Shown piece after piece: positions 18,308 to 28,700 of a stretch of DNA of 54,241 bases (positions are counted from its first letter, which is position 1; each line of letters starts with the position of its first letter). The translations under genes were made by a program, and so were the position numbers. Source of the DNA: an uncultured Clostridia bacterium. Lineage in GTDB: Bacteria > Bacillota > Clostridia > Christensenellales > UBA1242. The stretch spans positions 1 through 54,241 of the forward strand of contig CATLBG010000001.1 in NCBI GenBank assembly GCA_949878595.1, written 5' to 3'. The notes beneath the pieces were generated by a model. The model was not told where the DNA came from, searched no databases, and saw only the letters and a program-made list of their open reading frames with translations.

Positions 18308-18685
18308 ATGCCAACCATTAACCAACTTATCCGTCATGGTAAAGGTAGAGAACAACAAGGAAGCAAGGCAAAATGCCCAGCACTTCAAGAGTGTCCACAA
18401 AAACGTGGTGTATGTTTAAACGTAACAACAACCTCTCCAAAAAAGCCAAACTCAGCTCTTAGAAAAATAGCAAGGGTTAGACTTTCAAATAGAATGGAAG
18501 GAACTGTTTATATCCCAGGTGAAGGACACAACTTGCAAGAGCACTCAGTCGTTCTTATTCGTGGTGGCCGTGTTAAAGATTTGCCAGGTGTTCGTTATCA
18601 CATCATTCGTGGCGTTCTAGACACAGCAGGTGTTCAAAATCGTAAACAGGCTAGAAGTAAATACGGTGCTAAAAAATCTAAATAA
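18308..18685 (+). CDS. rpsL: 30S ribosomal protein S12
   Basis: MPTINQLIR...[10 protein letters not shown]...VRYHIIRG is canonical S12. Confidence 0.98.
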   Translation: MPTINQLIRHGKGREQQGSKAKCPALQECPQKRGVCLNVTTTSPKKPNSALRKIARVRLSNRMEGTVYIPGEGHNLQEHSVVLIRGGRVKDLPGVRYHIIRGVLDTAGVQNRKQARSKYGAKKSK

Positions 18686-18725
18686 TAAGATTTAAAAATT
18701 TACAAATAATATAGGAGGAAATTTT

Positions 18726-19196
18726 ATGTCAAGAAGAAATAGAGCAGAAGTTCGTGAAGTAGTTTCAGATCCAGTATATGGCTCTAAAGTTGTAACAAAA
18801 GTTATCAACCAAGTAATGCTTGATGGAAAAAGATCAATTGCTCAAAAAGTTGTTTACGATGCAATGAAAACTGCAGGCGAAAAACTTTCAAGCGAACCAC
18901 TTGATGTTTTCAATAAAGCACTTGAAAATATAAAACCAGTTCTTGAAGTTAAAGCACGCCGTGTTGGTGGCTCAACATATCAAGTTCCAATGGAAATCAG
19001 ACCAGAGAGAAGACAAACCCTTGCAATTCGTTGGCTTGTTCTTTATGCAAGACAAAGAAGCGAAAGAGGAATGGCAAACAAACTTGCTGGCGAACTTGTT
19101 GATGCATACAATAACACAGGAAGTGCATTCAAGAAGAAAGAAGATGTTCATAGAATGGCTGAAGCAAACAAGGCATTTGCATCATATCGCTGGTAA
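18726..19196 (+). CDS. rpsG: 30S ribosomal protein S7
   Basis: [18 protein letters not shown]...[14 protein letters not shown] is canonical S7. Confidence 0.98.
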   Translation: MSRRNRAEVREVVSDPVYGSKVVTKVINQVMLDGKRSIAQKVVYDAMKTAGEKLSSEPLDVFNKALENIKPVLEVKARRVGGSTYQVPMEIRPERRQTLAIRWLVLYARQRSERGMANKLAGELVDAYNNTGSAFKKKEDVHRMAEANKAFASYRW

Positions 19197-19338
19197 AAAG
19201 CTGTCAGAAAATAAAATCTGACTAAATTCTAAAAATAAACAAAAAAATAGCATTAAAATGATTTTTTAAAAAAATATTATACTTAAAAAGTAATTGTTAG
19301 ATATAACAATTTTAAACTAAATAGGAGAAATTTAACTT

Positions 19339-21414
19339 ATGCCTAGAGAATATGCACTAAACAAAGTTCGCAACATTGGAATCATGGCACACATAGATGC
19401 CGGAAAAACAACAACCAGTGAAAGAATTTTGTTTTATACAGGAAAAACTCACAAAATTGGCGAAGTTCATGATGGTGGTGCAACCATGGACTGGATGGTT
19501 CAAGAGCAAGAGAGAGGTATAACAATCACTTCTGCCGCAACAACCTGTATCTGGAAAGATCATATGATTAACCTCATTGATACCCCAGGACACGTTGACT
19601 TTACAATGGAAGTTGAACGTTCTCTTCGTGTTTTGGACGGTGCAGTCGAAGTTTTTACAGCAAAAGAGGGTGTTCAAGCCCAATCAATCAAAGTTTGGAA
19701 TCAGGCAAACAAATATGGAGTTCCAAGAATCGCTTATGTAAATAAGATGGATACACTTGGTGCAGACTTCTTTTATGCCGTAGACCAAATGAAAGAAATG
19801 CTCGGTGCAAATGCAATCCCAGTAGAACTTCCAATCGGCAAGGAAGACACCTTTGAAGGTGTTATTGACCTTGTAGAAATGAAAGCCATTTACTTCAGAG
19901 ATGATGAAGGAAAGGTTATGGATGTTGTTGAAATTCCAGCAGAGTATAAAGCTCAAGCTGATGAATATAGAGCAGCACTCATTGAAGCTGTTGCAGAAAC
20001 AGATGATAGCCTTCTTGAAAAATTCTTTGCAGGCGAAGAACTTTCAGTTGATGAAATCAGAAAAGCAATCAGACAATCAACTTGTGAACTTAAGATGCTC
20101 CCAGTTCTTTGTGGTTCATCTTATAAAAACAAAGGTATTCAAGAGCTTCTTGATGCAGTTGTTTATTATCTTCCAAGTCCAACTGATATTCCACCAATGG
20201 CAGGAACAGACATGAATGGCAACCCAATTGAATGTGCTGCAGATGACAAAGCTCCACTTGCAGGTCTTGCATTTAAAATTGCAACTGACCAATTTGGAAG
20301 ACTTACATTCTTCAGAATTTATTCAGGCTGCTTAAAATCTGGTTCATATTTGTTAAACACAACCACTGGTGAAAAAGAAAGAATTAGTAGACTTGTTAGA
20401 ATGCACTCAAATTCAAGAAATGAAATCTCAGAAGCTTATGCTGGTGACATAGTTGCCATCATTGGTTTAAAAGATACTGCAACTGGTGACACACTTTGTG
20501 ATGAGTCAAAACCAGTTAAACTTGAAAATATGGATTACCCAGACCCAGTTATCAGCATGGCTATCGAGCCAAAAACAAAGGGCGACCAAGAAAAAATGAC
20601 AAATGCTCTTCTAAAACTTGCTGGCGAAGACCCAAGCTTTAGATTCAGCACAAATCGTGAAACTGGTCAAACAATCATTGCTGGTATGGGCGAACTTCAC
20701 TTAAACATCGAAGTTGATAGACTTAAGAGAGAATACGGCGTTGAATGTAACGTTGGTGCTCCACAAGTTGCTTACAAAGAAACTCTTAGAGGATCTATTG
20801 AAGCCACTGGAAAATACATCAGACAATCTGGTGGTAAAGGTCAATATGGTCACTGCGTTGTTAAGTTTGAAGGCTTAGAGCCAGGCGAAGGTTACAAATT
20901 CGTTGACGCAACCGTTGGTGGATCAATTCCAAAAGAATACATTCCAGCAGTTGATAAAGGTATTCGTGAAGCATGTCAAAGTGGTGTGCTTGCAGGTTAC
21001 CCAACAGTAGACTTCAAAGCAACTGTTCTTGATGGAAGCTATCACGAAGTCGACTCATCAGAGTCAGCATTCATGATTGCCGGATCAATGGCATTCAAGG
21101 AAGCATTCAAAAAAGGTAATTCAGTAATACTTGAACCTATCATGAAGGTAGAAATTCAAGTTCCAGATAAATATTTAGGAGACGTTCTTGGTGACCTTTC
21201 ACGTAGACGTGGAAACGTTATTGGAACAACTCTTAAAAATGGCAACCAAACCATTGAAGGTGAAGTTCCACTTTCAGAAATGTCTGGATATGTTACTGAT
21301 TTAAGGTCACTCACACAAGGTCGTGGTGACTCAAGCATGGAACCATGCAAATATGCTGAAGTTCCAAGAAACATCGCTGAAAAAATCATTGGCGATCGTG
21401 CAAAAAAAGATTAA
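19339..21414 (+). CDS. fusA: Elongation factor G
   Basis: G1 [10 protein letters not shown]3 [12 protein letters not shown]. Full-length at 691 aa. Confidence 0.98.
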   Translation: MPREYALNKVRNIGIMAHIDAGKTTTSERILFYTGKTHKIGEVHDGGATMDWMVQEQERGITITSAATTCIWKDHMINLIDTPGHVDFTMEVERSLRVLDGAVEVFTAKEGVQAQSIKVWNQANKYGVPRIAYVNKMDTLGADFFYAVDQMKEMLGANAIPVELPIGKEDTFEGVIDLVEMKAIYFRDDEGKVMDVVEIPAEYKAQADEYRAALIEAVAETDDSLLEKFFAGEELSVDEIRKAIRQSTCELKMLPVLCGSSYKNKGIQELLDAVVYYLPSPTDIPPMAGTDMNGNPIECAADDKAPLAGLAFKIATDQFGRLTFFRIYSGCLKSGSYLLNTTTGEKERISRLVRMHSNSRNEISEAYAGDIVAIIGLKDTATGDTLCDESKPVKLENMDYPDPVISMAIEPKTKGDQEKMTNALLKLAGEDPSFRFSTNRETGQTIIAGMGELHLNIEVDRLKREYGVECNVGAPQVAYKETLRGSIEATGKYIRQSGGKGQYGHCVVKFEGLEPGEGYKFVDATVGGSIPKEYIPAVDKGIREACQSGVLAGYPTVDFKATVLDGSYHEVDSSESAFMIAGSMAFKEAFKKGNSVILEPIMKVEIQVPDKYLGDVLGDLSRRRGNVIGTTLKNGNQTIEGEVPLSEMSGYVTDLRSLTQGRGDSSMEPCKYAEVPRNIAEKIIGDRAKKD

Positions 21415-21447
21415 TAAAAAAATAAAATAAAAAAAAGGAGAAATCAA

Positions 21448-22656
21448 ATGGCAAAAGCTAAATTTGAATCTAAAAAACCTCACGTTAACATTGGTACAAT
21501 CGGCCACGTTGACCACGGTAAAACAACTCTAACAGCTGCAATCACAATGGTTCAAACACACAAATTCGGTGGTGAATCAAAGGACTACAGCCAAATCGAC
21601 TCAGCTCCAGAAGAAAGAGCTAGAGGTATCACAATCAACACTGCACACGTTGAATATGAAACAGACAACAGACACTATGCACACGTTGACTGCCCAGGAC
21701 ACGCTGACTATGTTAAAAACATGATCACTGGTGCTGCTCAGATGGACGGTGCTATCCTTGTTTGTGCTGCAACAGATGGTGTTATGCCTCAAACCCGTGA
21801 ACACATCCTTCTTGCTCGTCAAGTAGGCGTTCCAAAAATTGTTGTATTCATGAACAAACTTGATCAACTTGGTGGCGACACAGAACTTGCTGACCTTGTT
21901 GAAATGGAAATCAGAGAACTTCTTTCAAAATACGAATATGATGGAGATAACACTCCAATCGTTCGTGGTTCAGCTTACAATGCTCTTGAAGCTGCAAAAG
22001 CTGGCAACTATGATTCAGAAGATTGCAAATGCATTTCTGAACTTATGGATGCTGTTGACTCTTGGATCCCAACTCCAGACAGAGCTACAGATCAACCATT
22101 CCTTATGCCTATCGAAGACGTATTCACAATCACTGGTCGTGGTACTGTTGTTACTGGTAGAGTTGAAAGAGGTGTGTTAAAATCAGGTGAAACTGTTGAA
22201 ATCGTTGGTCTTGAAGACAAGCCAAAATCATCAGTTGTTACTGGTATTGAAATGTTCAGAAAAACTCTTGATGAAGCTATCGCTGGTTACAACGTTGGTG
22301 TTCTTCTTAGAGGTATTGATAGAACTGATGTTCAAAGAGGTCAAATCCTTTCTAAACCAGGAACTATCCACCCACACACAGAGTTTGAAGCTCAAGTATA
22401 CGTATTAACAAAAGAAGAAGGTGGTCGTCACACTGCATTCTTCAACAACTATCGTCCACAATTCTATTTCAGAACAACAGACGTTACAGGTTCAATCGCT
22501 CTTCCAGAAGGAACAGAAATGGTTATGCCTGGTGACCACACAAAGATGACAGTTCAACTTATCTCTCCAGTAGCTATCGAAGAAGGTCTTCGTTTCGCTA
22601 TCCGTGAAGGTGGCAGAACTGTAGGTTCTGGTGTTGTTTCTAAAATCATCAAATAG
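21448..22656 (+). CDS. tuf: Elongation factor Tu
   Basis: [22 protein letters not shown]. 402 aa. Confidence 0.98.
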   Translation: MAKAKFESKKPHVNIGTIGHVDHGKTTLTAAITMVQTHKFGGESKDYSQIDSAPEERARGITINTAHVEYETDNRHYAHVDCPGHADYVKNMITGAAQMDGAILVCAATDGVMPQTREHILLARQVGVPKIVVFMNKLDQLGGDTELADLVEMEIRELLSKYEYDGDNTPIVRGSAYNALEAAKAGNYDSEDCKCISELMDAVDSWIPTPDRATDQPFLMPIEDVFTITGRGTVVTGRVERGVLKSGETVEIVGLEDKPKSSVVTGIEMFRKTLDEAIAGYNVGVLLRGIDRTDVQRGQILSKPGTIHPHTEFEAQVYVLTKEEGGRHTAFFNNYRPQFYFRTTDVTGSIALPEGTEMVMPGDHTKMTVQLISPVAIEEGLRFAIREGGRTVGSGVVSKIIK

Positions 22657-22660
22657 TTTT

Positions 22661-22985
22661 AGAACCCAAATTTAGGCACATTGCTGTGTCATACATAAAA
22701 AAGATATGTAGTCATTATCGCAAGATAACTCCTACATATCTTTTTTTTCTATTCCTTGCACTGCACCCAAATTTGTGTCCTAAAACAGTTACTCGTTAAT
22801 CTAATGCGAAATTTTCAAAAACTCCAAACAGTCATTATCGTAAGATAACTCCTGCTTGGAGTTTTTTCTATTTCTTTTATCTCGCACAATTTTTGCCCTA
22901 AAAATGTAGTCATGCAAGATAACTCCTACATATCTTTTTTTATTCCTTGCACTGTACCCAAATTTATGTCCAAAACGGTTACAAG
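22661..22985 (+). repeat. Tandem array of three ~85-95-bp terminator-like structured repeats, plus a fourth partial tail motif
   Basis: Three hairpins at 22702-22741, 22820-22863 and 22904-22935. They share the conserved inner element TCATTATCG(C/T)AAGATAACTC (TTATC-GNRA-GATAA). Each is followed by a T-run and by the motif CTATTCCTTGCACTGCACCCAAATTTGTGTCCTAAAAC. A partial tail motif lies at 22663-22680. Confidence 0.8.
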
Positions 22986-23109
22986 TTTTTTATAATTAGT
23001 CTTTATTTTTATCTAAAAAGTCCAAAGTAAAGTCAATTATTTCCTCTGCAAGGCATTGTTTATATTCTTTAAATCTATTTAGTATACTTAAAAATAGTAA
23101 GAATTGTCC

Positions 23110-23232
23110 CTATGATAGTGAACTTTCAAGTTCTTTTGAAAGTTTTTCAAATCCTCTTTCACAATCAATGGTATTATAATAGACCTCTTCATTTTTTAGA
23201 TATGCTTCTAAAATTTCTTCATATTGTTTCAT
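23110..23232 (-). CDS. Small ORF (40 aa) divergent from the XRE regulator; possibly the 5' part of a TAG-interrupted 78-codon gene
   Basis: ATG at 23232 follows a perfect AGGAGG RBS. Translation is MKQYEEILEAYLKNEEVYYNTIDCERGFEKLSKELESSLS, ending in TAG. The same frame stays open for 37 more codons, to the TAA at 22996. Confidence 0.45.
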   Translation of the reverse strand: MKQYEEILEAYLKNEEVYYNTIDCERGFEKLSKELESSLS

Positions 23233-23341
23233 TTTAATCCTCCTAATTTTTATTATACTACATTTTTCTGAATATCCATAATTCTGAAGTATAACAAAAA
23301 AGTTTTTGTATATCCTTATTCTATCAGGAGGAAGATGGAAT

Positions 23342-23581
23342 ATGGTTTTGTCAGAAGCAGTGTCTAATAGAATTAAAACTATATTAAAAGAAAGAAATTT
23401 AACTCAATATGGTTTATTTAAGTTATCAGGTGTTCCACAATCAACAATTTCTGCAATTTTAAAGTGTGAAAACAAGTCAGTTGTTCTTAGCACAATTTAT
23501 GACATATGTTCAGGATTAGGCATGGAACTATCAGACTTCTTTGCCGCCAAGGAATTTAAGTTGGAAAATTTAGAGGATTAA
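23342..23581 (+). CDS. XRE-family helix-turn-helix transcriptional regulator
   Basis: LTQYGLFKLSGVPQSTISAILKCENKS is a typical HTH_XRE. ATG at 23342 lies 10 nt after AGGAGG. Confidence 0.85.
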   Translation: MVLSEAVSNRIKTILKERNLTQYGLFKLSGVPQSTISAILKCENKSVVLSTIYDICSGLGMELSDFFAAKEFKLENLED

Positions 23582-23582
23582 T

Positions 23583-23610
23583 AAAAACACTCTTATAAAG
23601 AGTGTTTTTT
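23583..23610 (+). terminator. Rho-independent terminator
   Basis: AAAAACACTCTT-ATAA-AGAGTGTTTTTT. Confidence 0.8.
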
Positions 23611-23737
23611 ATATGTCATTCTGAGCTTGTCGGAGAATCTCAACATAATTGTATTTGTAAATAAGTTTGGGTAATATTTACCCATTATAACAATTCCTTT
23701 TCTCATTATAGTATATTTAAGAAAAGGAGAATGAACT

Positions 23738-23956
23738 ATGACAATAATGCAAATAATTAAAAAGAATTTGAAAATGATGATAGAGGAAAAAGGAATATCA
23801 GTTGCGGTGCTGAGTAAACTTTCTAATGTTTCAGAGAGCACAATAAGGGGAATATTAAACCTAAAATTAAAAACAACAAACACAAAAACAGTAATAAAGA
23901 TTGCCAATGCACTAAATGTGACAATAGATGACCTATTAAAGCGACCAGAAGAATAA
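23738..23956 (+). CDS. XRE-family helix-turn-helix transcriptional regulator (second copy)
   Basis: ISVAVLSKLSNVSESTIRGILN...TVIKIANALNVTIDDLL. AAAGGAGAA RBS. Confidence 0.85.
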   Translation: MTIMQIIKKNLKMMIEEKGISVAVLSKLSNVSESTIRGILNLKLKTTNTKTVIKIANALNVTIDDLLKRPEE

Positions 23957-23977
23957 ATAAAAAAAGTTAAATAATTT

Positions 23978-24019
23978 TTGTCACTCTCTTGTGACAAAAC
24001 CCCATTTTCATGTTATACT
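23978..24019 (+). promoter_or_regulatory. Palindromic operator overlapping a promoter for the 24141 gene
   Basis: Inverted repeat TTGTCAC-N6-GTGACAA (23978-23997). Its right arm supplies a GTGACA -35 box, followed by a 17-nt spacer and extended -10 TGtTATACT (24011-24019). Confidence 0.55.
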
Positions 24020-24140
24020 AAGCGTGTAGCAAGCGGGCGGGGTTAATTGTTAAGAAGGGGTGCTTCAAATTTAAAAAAATTTAAAAAACTATTTCATTTT
24101 TTAATAAAATACCTTATAATTAAAGCAAGGAGAAAGATTC

Positions 24141-24977
24141 ATGGAAAATGTAGTTGCAGTAAAAGGAATTTATCCAGCTGACTTATTTAGTGATAGAGAA
24201 AGAAGAAAACAATTAAAAGAAGCAAAGGCTCAGGCAAAACATGAAAAAAAAGATAATGCAATATTTGATGATATTCGTGAAACATTAATAAAGAAGGTTT
24301 TTGATGTAAATGCAAAGCAAATTCAAGAATATAATGAACAGCTTGGTGCTTTCAATTCACATGAAAATCAACCATTATCAGAAAGAGACGCTGTAGATAA
24401 TTCAATTAGAGTTGCAAAAGGTGCAAAGGGCACAGAAAAATCAACTGCAAGAGGCATGAGAAATGCTGCAATTAGCGTTGGAAAGGTTGCATTGGCTGGT
24501 GCACTTGGCTTTGGAGCAAAGGAAGTAGTATCAAAAGCAATAGTTGGTGCAGCTTCAATGGTTGGGTTAACTCTTGGTGCTGGTGTTGCAGGCATCATTT
24601 CTGCGGTATTGTTTGCCTCAGTTGCTGCAATAATAACACTTCACAGAAGCAGAAAAGCACAAAAGGGGAATGTTGCTGATACCATTGAAAAAGAGGGTGC
24701 TGCAATGGAAAAAATACAAGAGTTTTTAGCAAAAGTTGAAAAATTTTCAAAAGAGATTGAAAATGACAAACAAATGCTTATTCAAAAAAGAAAAACTCTT
24801 GGCAAAAAAGAATTTGCAAAATTTACAGAAGAATATTTAGGTTCAAAAATTAAATTTTTAGAAGAGATTGGTGTTTCTAACATTCCACATGAATTGCAAG
24901 AAGAACTTGCTTTGCATGGAGAAGAGGTTATTCAAAGTGCTGAATCAAAATTAGAATTATCAGAAAGAGGAGCTTAA
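24141..24977 (+). CDS. Membrane protein with a central Gly/Ala-zipper hairpin flanked by coiled coils
   Basis: AAGGAGAA RBS. The central segment is VALAGALGFGAKEVVSKAIVGAASMVGLTLGAGVAGIISAVLFASVAAIITL. Both flanks are charged and helical. Confidence 0.7.
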   Translation: MENVVAVKGIYPADLFSDRERRKQLKEAKAQAKHEKKDNAIFDDIRETLIKKVFDVNAKQIQEYNEQLGAFNSHENQPLSERDAVDNSIRVAKGAKGTEKSTARGMRNAAISVGKVALAGALGFGAKEVVSKAIVGAASMVGLTLGAGVAGIISAVLFASVAAIITLHRSRKAQKGNVADTIEKEGAAMEKIQEFLAKVEKFSKEIENDKQMLIQKRKTLGKKEFAKFTEEYLGSKIKFLEEIGVSNIPHELQEELALHGEEVIQSAESKLELSERGA

Positions 24978-24978
24978 T

Positions 24979-25233
24979 ATGGAGTTTGTTTCACATATTG
25001 GAGATGTGGTTTTGTTAGAAAATGATGAGAGATACTTAGTTATAAGCCAAGTTGAATATGAAAATGACCCATATGTATTGATTTGCAAAGTGCAAGACTT
25101 TTCAGAACTTGAGCAAAATATTGAAATAGAATATAAGTTTGCAAAAGAACTTGTTAGAGAAAATAATTACTCTCTTGTTTTGGTTGATGACGAAAAAACA
25201 ATATCTAATTTATTCAATAAAATTAAAATATAA
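24979..25233 (+). CDS. Small acidic protein (84 aa), possibly DUF1292-like
   Basis: Start lies 1 nt after the upstream stop, with a GAGGAG RBS. The pattern VVLLENDERYLVISQVEYENDPYVLICKV resembles DUF1292, but this is a weak call. Confidence 0.6.
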   Translation: MEFVSHIGDVVLLENDERYLVISQVEYENDPYVLICKVQDFSELEQNIEIEYKFAKELVRENNYSLVLVDDEKTISNLFNKIKI

Positions 25234-25241
25234 TTAAAAAT

Positions 25242-25272
25242 AAAAGATATGTCACTTAGGCATATCTTTTTT
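25242..25272. terminator. Bidirectional terminator shared by convergent genes
   Basis: AAAAGATATG-(9 nt)-CATATCTTTTTT. Confidence 0.7.
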
Positions 25273-25476
25273 GTTTAAGATTAAAATTCTATTTTCCTTT
25301 AAAATTGTCAAGTATTCGAACCATCTGTATTGTCTAATTGGCATGGGTGGATTATTATCAAAAAACAAAACGAGTGCAGGGCTGATTTGGTTATGTTTTT
25401 CCAAAATTTCAGCCTTAGTGCAATGGCCTTGTTTGATTAAATTCTTTGCTTTTGCATGATAATTAAAATATCCCAT
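25252..25476 (-). CDS. Small conserved-looking protein (74 aa), function unknown
   Basis: Intact ORF (MGYFNYHAKAKNLIKQGHC...ISPALVLFFDNNPPMPIRQYRW). The RBS is weak. Confidence 0.5.
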   Translation of the reverse strand: MGYFNYHAKAKNLIKQGHCTKAEILEKHNQISPALVLFFDNNPPMPIRQYRWFEYLTILKENRILILNKKDMPK

Positions 25477-25554
25477 AATAATAGTTTGTATATTTTATGA
25501 CATTTAATTCCAAAAAATTTTAGTTATAAAAATAAAAATATTTTTAAAAATCTA

Positions 25555-25584
25555 TTGACATTGTTTTGACTAAAATGTTATATT
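25555..25584 (+). promoter_or_regulatory. Sigma-A promoter for rpoBC, giving a leader of about 200 nt
   Basis: TTGACA (25555-25560), 18-nt spacer, extended -10 TGtTATATT (25576-25584). Confidence 0.6.
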
Positions 25585-25790
25585 AATATAGTCTACCATA
25601 ATTATTGTTAGGAGTATGCTCTCATGCTCAATAGTTATGGTTTAATAAGTCAAGAAATGTAGATAACCTGCAAAGTTTTGTCCTTTCTTTGTAGGGTTAT
25701 AGAATCGACTATTTTTTTGGCTTTTGCTTGCAAACCAGCTAAAAAACACATCAAAAGTGACTCTTTAATAATTTTCTTTCGGAGGACTAC

Positions 25791-28700
25791 ATGAGTAGTA
25801 ACTTAAACATCAAAACAGAAAAGTTCGGGCTAACGGAGAGACACAAGTTTGGCAAAATCAATGAAGTTATGGAAATCCCATACCTTGTTGAAGTTCAAAA
25901 AAATAGTTATCAAAGCTTCATAACAAAAGGTATTCGCGACGTGCTTCGTGATTTTTCTCCAATCACCGACACAGACAACTTGAATCGTTCAGATGCAAGA
26001 GAAGACAACACAGACTCACGTGTTGAGCTTTATTTTTTGGATCATAAACTAGATGGCAATCCAAAATACACAGAAGCAGAGTGCAAGTCAAGAGATGCAA
26101 CATATGCACAAGCACTCAAAGTAAAAGTTAGACTTGTTTACAAAGAAACTGGTGAAGTTGTAGACCAAGAAGTTTATATGGGTGATATTCCTATTATGAC
26201 AGACAATGGCTCATTCATCATCAATGGTGCTGAGCGTGCAATTGTCAGCCAACTTGTTAAAAGTCCTAGCGTTTATTGCAATCAAGGCATCAATAAAGCA
26301 GGAAACTTTGTAACAGAAACCGACATCATTCCAGCACGTGGTGCATGGATTGAGTGGGAAGAAGACAACAACAATGTTCTTTGGGTTCATGTTGACCGTT
26401 CAAGAAAAATGGTCGGCACAATTTTCTTAAGAGCTTTAGGACTCTCTTCAAATGAAGAGCTTCTTGCCATGTTTGATAACGACCCAACAATTGTTAAAAC
26501 AATTGAAAAAGATCCAACCACAAGCCAAGAAGAAGCTTTAATTGAAATTTCAAAGAGACTTCGCCCAGGTGAAGTATTTAACCTTAAAGCTATAAAAAAA
26601 GATTTAGAAAAAAGATTTTATTCAACTAGAAGATATGATATTACAGGTGTTGGTAGACATAAGTTTAACCAAAAGCTTAGCATTGCAAGCAGAATTGAAG
26701 GAAAAACGCTTGCAGAAGATATTGTTATTAATGGCAAAGTATATGCAGCTGCTGGTGAAGTTTTAGACGAAACAAGAGCAAGATTTGTTCAAAACTCAGG
26801 TGTAAACAAAGTCGCAGTTGAAGGAAAACTTGGCAAATTTTATGTTCTTGGAAATAATCGTGTAGACCTTGAGGCATACACAGGGTTAAAGGCTGCAGAA
26901 GCAGAAATTGATGAAGATGTTCATCTTCCAACATTGCTTGTGCTTTTAAATGGTTGCAAAAATAAAGAAGAAAAACAAAAAGTAGTAAATGAAAATAGAG
27001 ACGAGCTTCTTGGTCGTCATATTATGCTTGATGATATTTTGTCAGCAGTTAACTATCACCTTTGCATTAAACAAGGTCTTGGAAACTTAGACGATGTTGA
27101 CCATCTTGGCAATCGTAGAATCAAAACTGTTGGTGAACTTCTTCAAGCTCAATTCTTTATTGGAATGGCAAGACTTGAGAGAGTTATCTCTGAAAGAATG
27201 CAAGTTCAAAATGTTGAAGAAATTAGCCCAAGCACACTAATTAATGTGCGTCCAGTAAGTGCAGCTATTCGTGAATTTTTTGGTTCAAGCCAAATGTCAC
27301 AGTTTATGGAACAAACCAACCCAATCGCTTCTCTTACTCATAAGAGAAAGGTTTCATCTATTGGACCTGGTGCACTCACTCGTGAAAGAGCTGGCTTTGA
27401 TGTTCGTGACGTCCACTATACACACTATGGTCGTCTATGTCCAAATGAAACTCCTGAAGGTCAAAACATTGGTCTTATCAACTCGCTCGCAACTTATGCT
27501 AAAATTGATAAATATGGTTTTGTTGAAGCACCTTATAGAAGAATAGATAAGGAAACTGGAAAGGTAACCAACGAAGTTGTTTACATGACAGCAGATGTTG
27601 AAGAAAAATATGTAATTGCTCAGGCTAACGAAGAGTTAACTGAAGATGGCAAGCTTAAATCAGAAAGAGTTACTTGCCGTAAAAAAGGCGAAATCGTAGA
27701 GCTTCCAAGAGAACAAATTGACTTTATTGATGTTTCTCCAAAAGAGCTTGTATCTATCGCAACAACACTTGTTCCATTCATTGAAAACGACGATACAACT
27801 CGTGCGATGATGGCATCAAACATGCAACGTCAAGCTGTTCCACTTTTAAAGACTGAAGCTCCTATTGTCGGCACTGGCACAGAGCACAGAATTGCTGTTG
27901 ATAGCGGTGTTATGGTAGTTGCAAAATCAGATGGTGTTGTTAAATATGTGAGCGGTGAAAAAATCGTTGTTGAAACAAAAAATGGTGATGAAACATATGA
28001 ACTTATTCCATTTGTTCGTTCAAACAGCGGAACTTGCATGCGTCAAAGACCAATCGTTAATCATGGTCAAAAAGTTAAGGCAGGCGATGTTCTCGCAGAT
28101 GGTCCATCAACCAAAAATGGTGAACTTTCAATTGGTAAAAACATTCTCGTAGCATTCATGCCATGGGAAGGATATAACTTTGATGACGCTATCCTTATTT
28201 CTGATGAACTAGTTGAAGATGATGTTTTAACATCTATTCACATTGAAGAATATGAGCAAGATGCTCGTGACACAAAACTTGGACCAGAAGAAATCACAAG
28301 AGACATTCCAAACGTTGGTGAAGATGCTCTTGCAAACCTTGATGAAAATGGTATTGTTAGAATTGGTGCAGAAGTTACAACTGGTGATATTTTGGTTGGT
28401 AAAGTTACACCAAAAGGCGAAACAGAACTCACTCCAGAAGAAAGACTTCTTAGAGCAATCTTTGGTGAAAAAGCAAGAGAAGTTCGTGATACATCTCTTA
28501 GAGTAGGACACGGCGAAGGTGGAATTGTAGTTGATGTTAAGGTGTTCACTCGTGAAAATAAAGACGAACTTTCAACTGGCGTAAGCAAACTTGTTAGAGT
28601 ATACATCGCTCAAAAGAGAAAGATGAGCGTTGGTGATAAAATGTCTGGTAGACACGGAAACAAAGGTGTTGTATCAAGAATACTTCCAAAGGCAGACATG

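Noticed and set aside
19203-19224. Hairpin GTCAGA-N8-TCTGAC between rpsG and fusA, considered as an internal terminator
   Set aside because: The stem is only 6 bp and there is no following U-tract. It is more likely an RNA processing or stability element, or chance. There is not enough support to annotate it.
23593-23997. 134-aa minus-strand ORF spanning the second XRE gene
   Set aside because: The plus-strand 72-aa ORF (23738-23956) has a clear HTH_XRE sequence and an AAAGGAGAA RBS. The minus-strand product is low-complexity and hydrophobic with no RBS, and it runs through a terminator and a promoter.
24020-24075. Locally G-rich patch (GCAAGCGGGCGGGGTTAATTGTTAAGAAGGGGTGCTTC) in the 5' UTR of the membrane-protein gene; considered as a riboswitch
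   Set aside because: I could not fold it into, or match it to, any riboswitch class I know (preQ1, fluoride, guanidine, ZTP, c-di-GMP and others). It is noted only as unusual composition. A covariance-model scan would be needed to test it.
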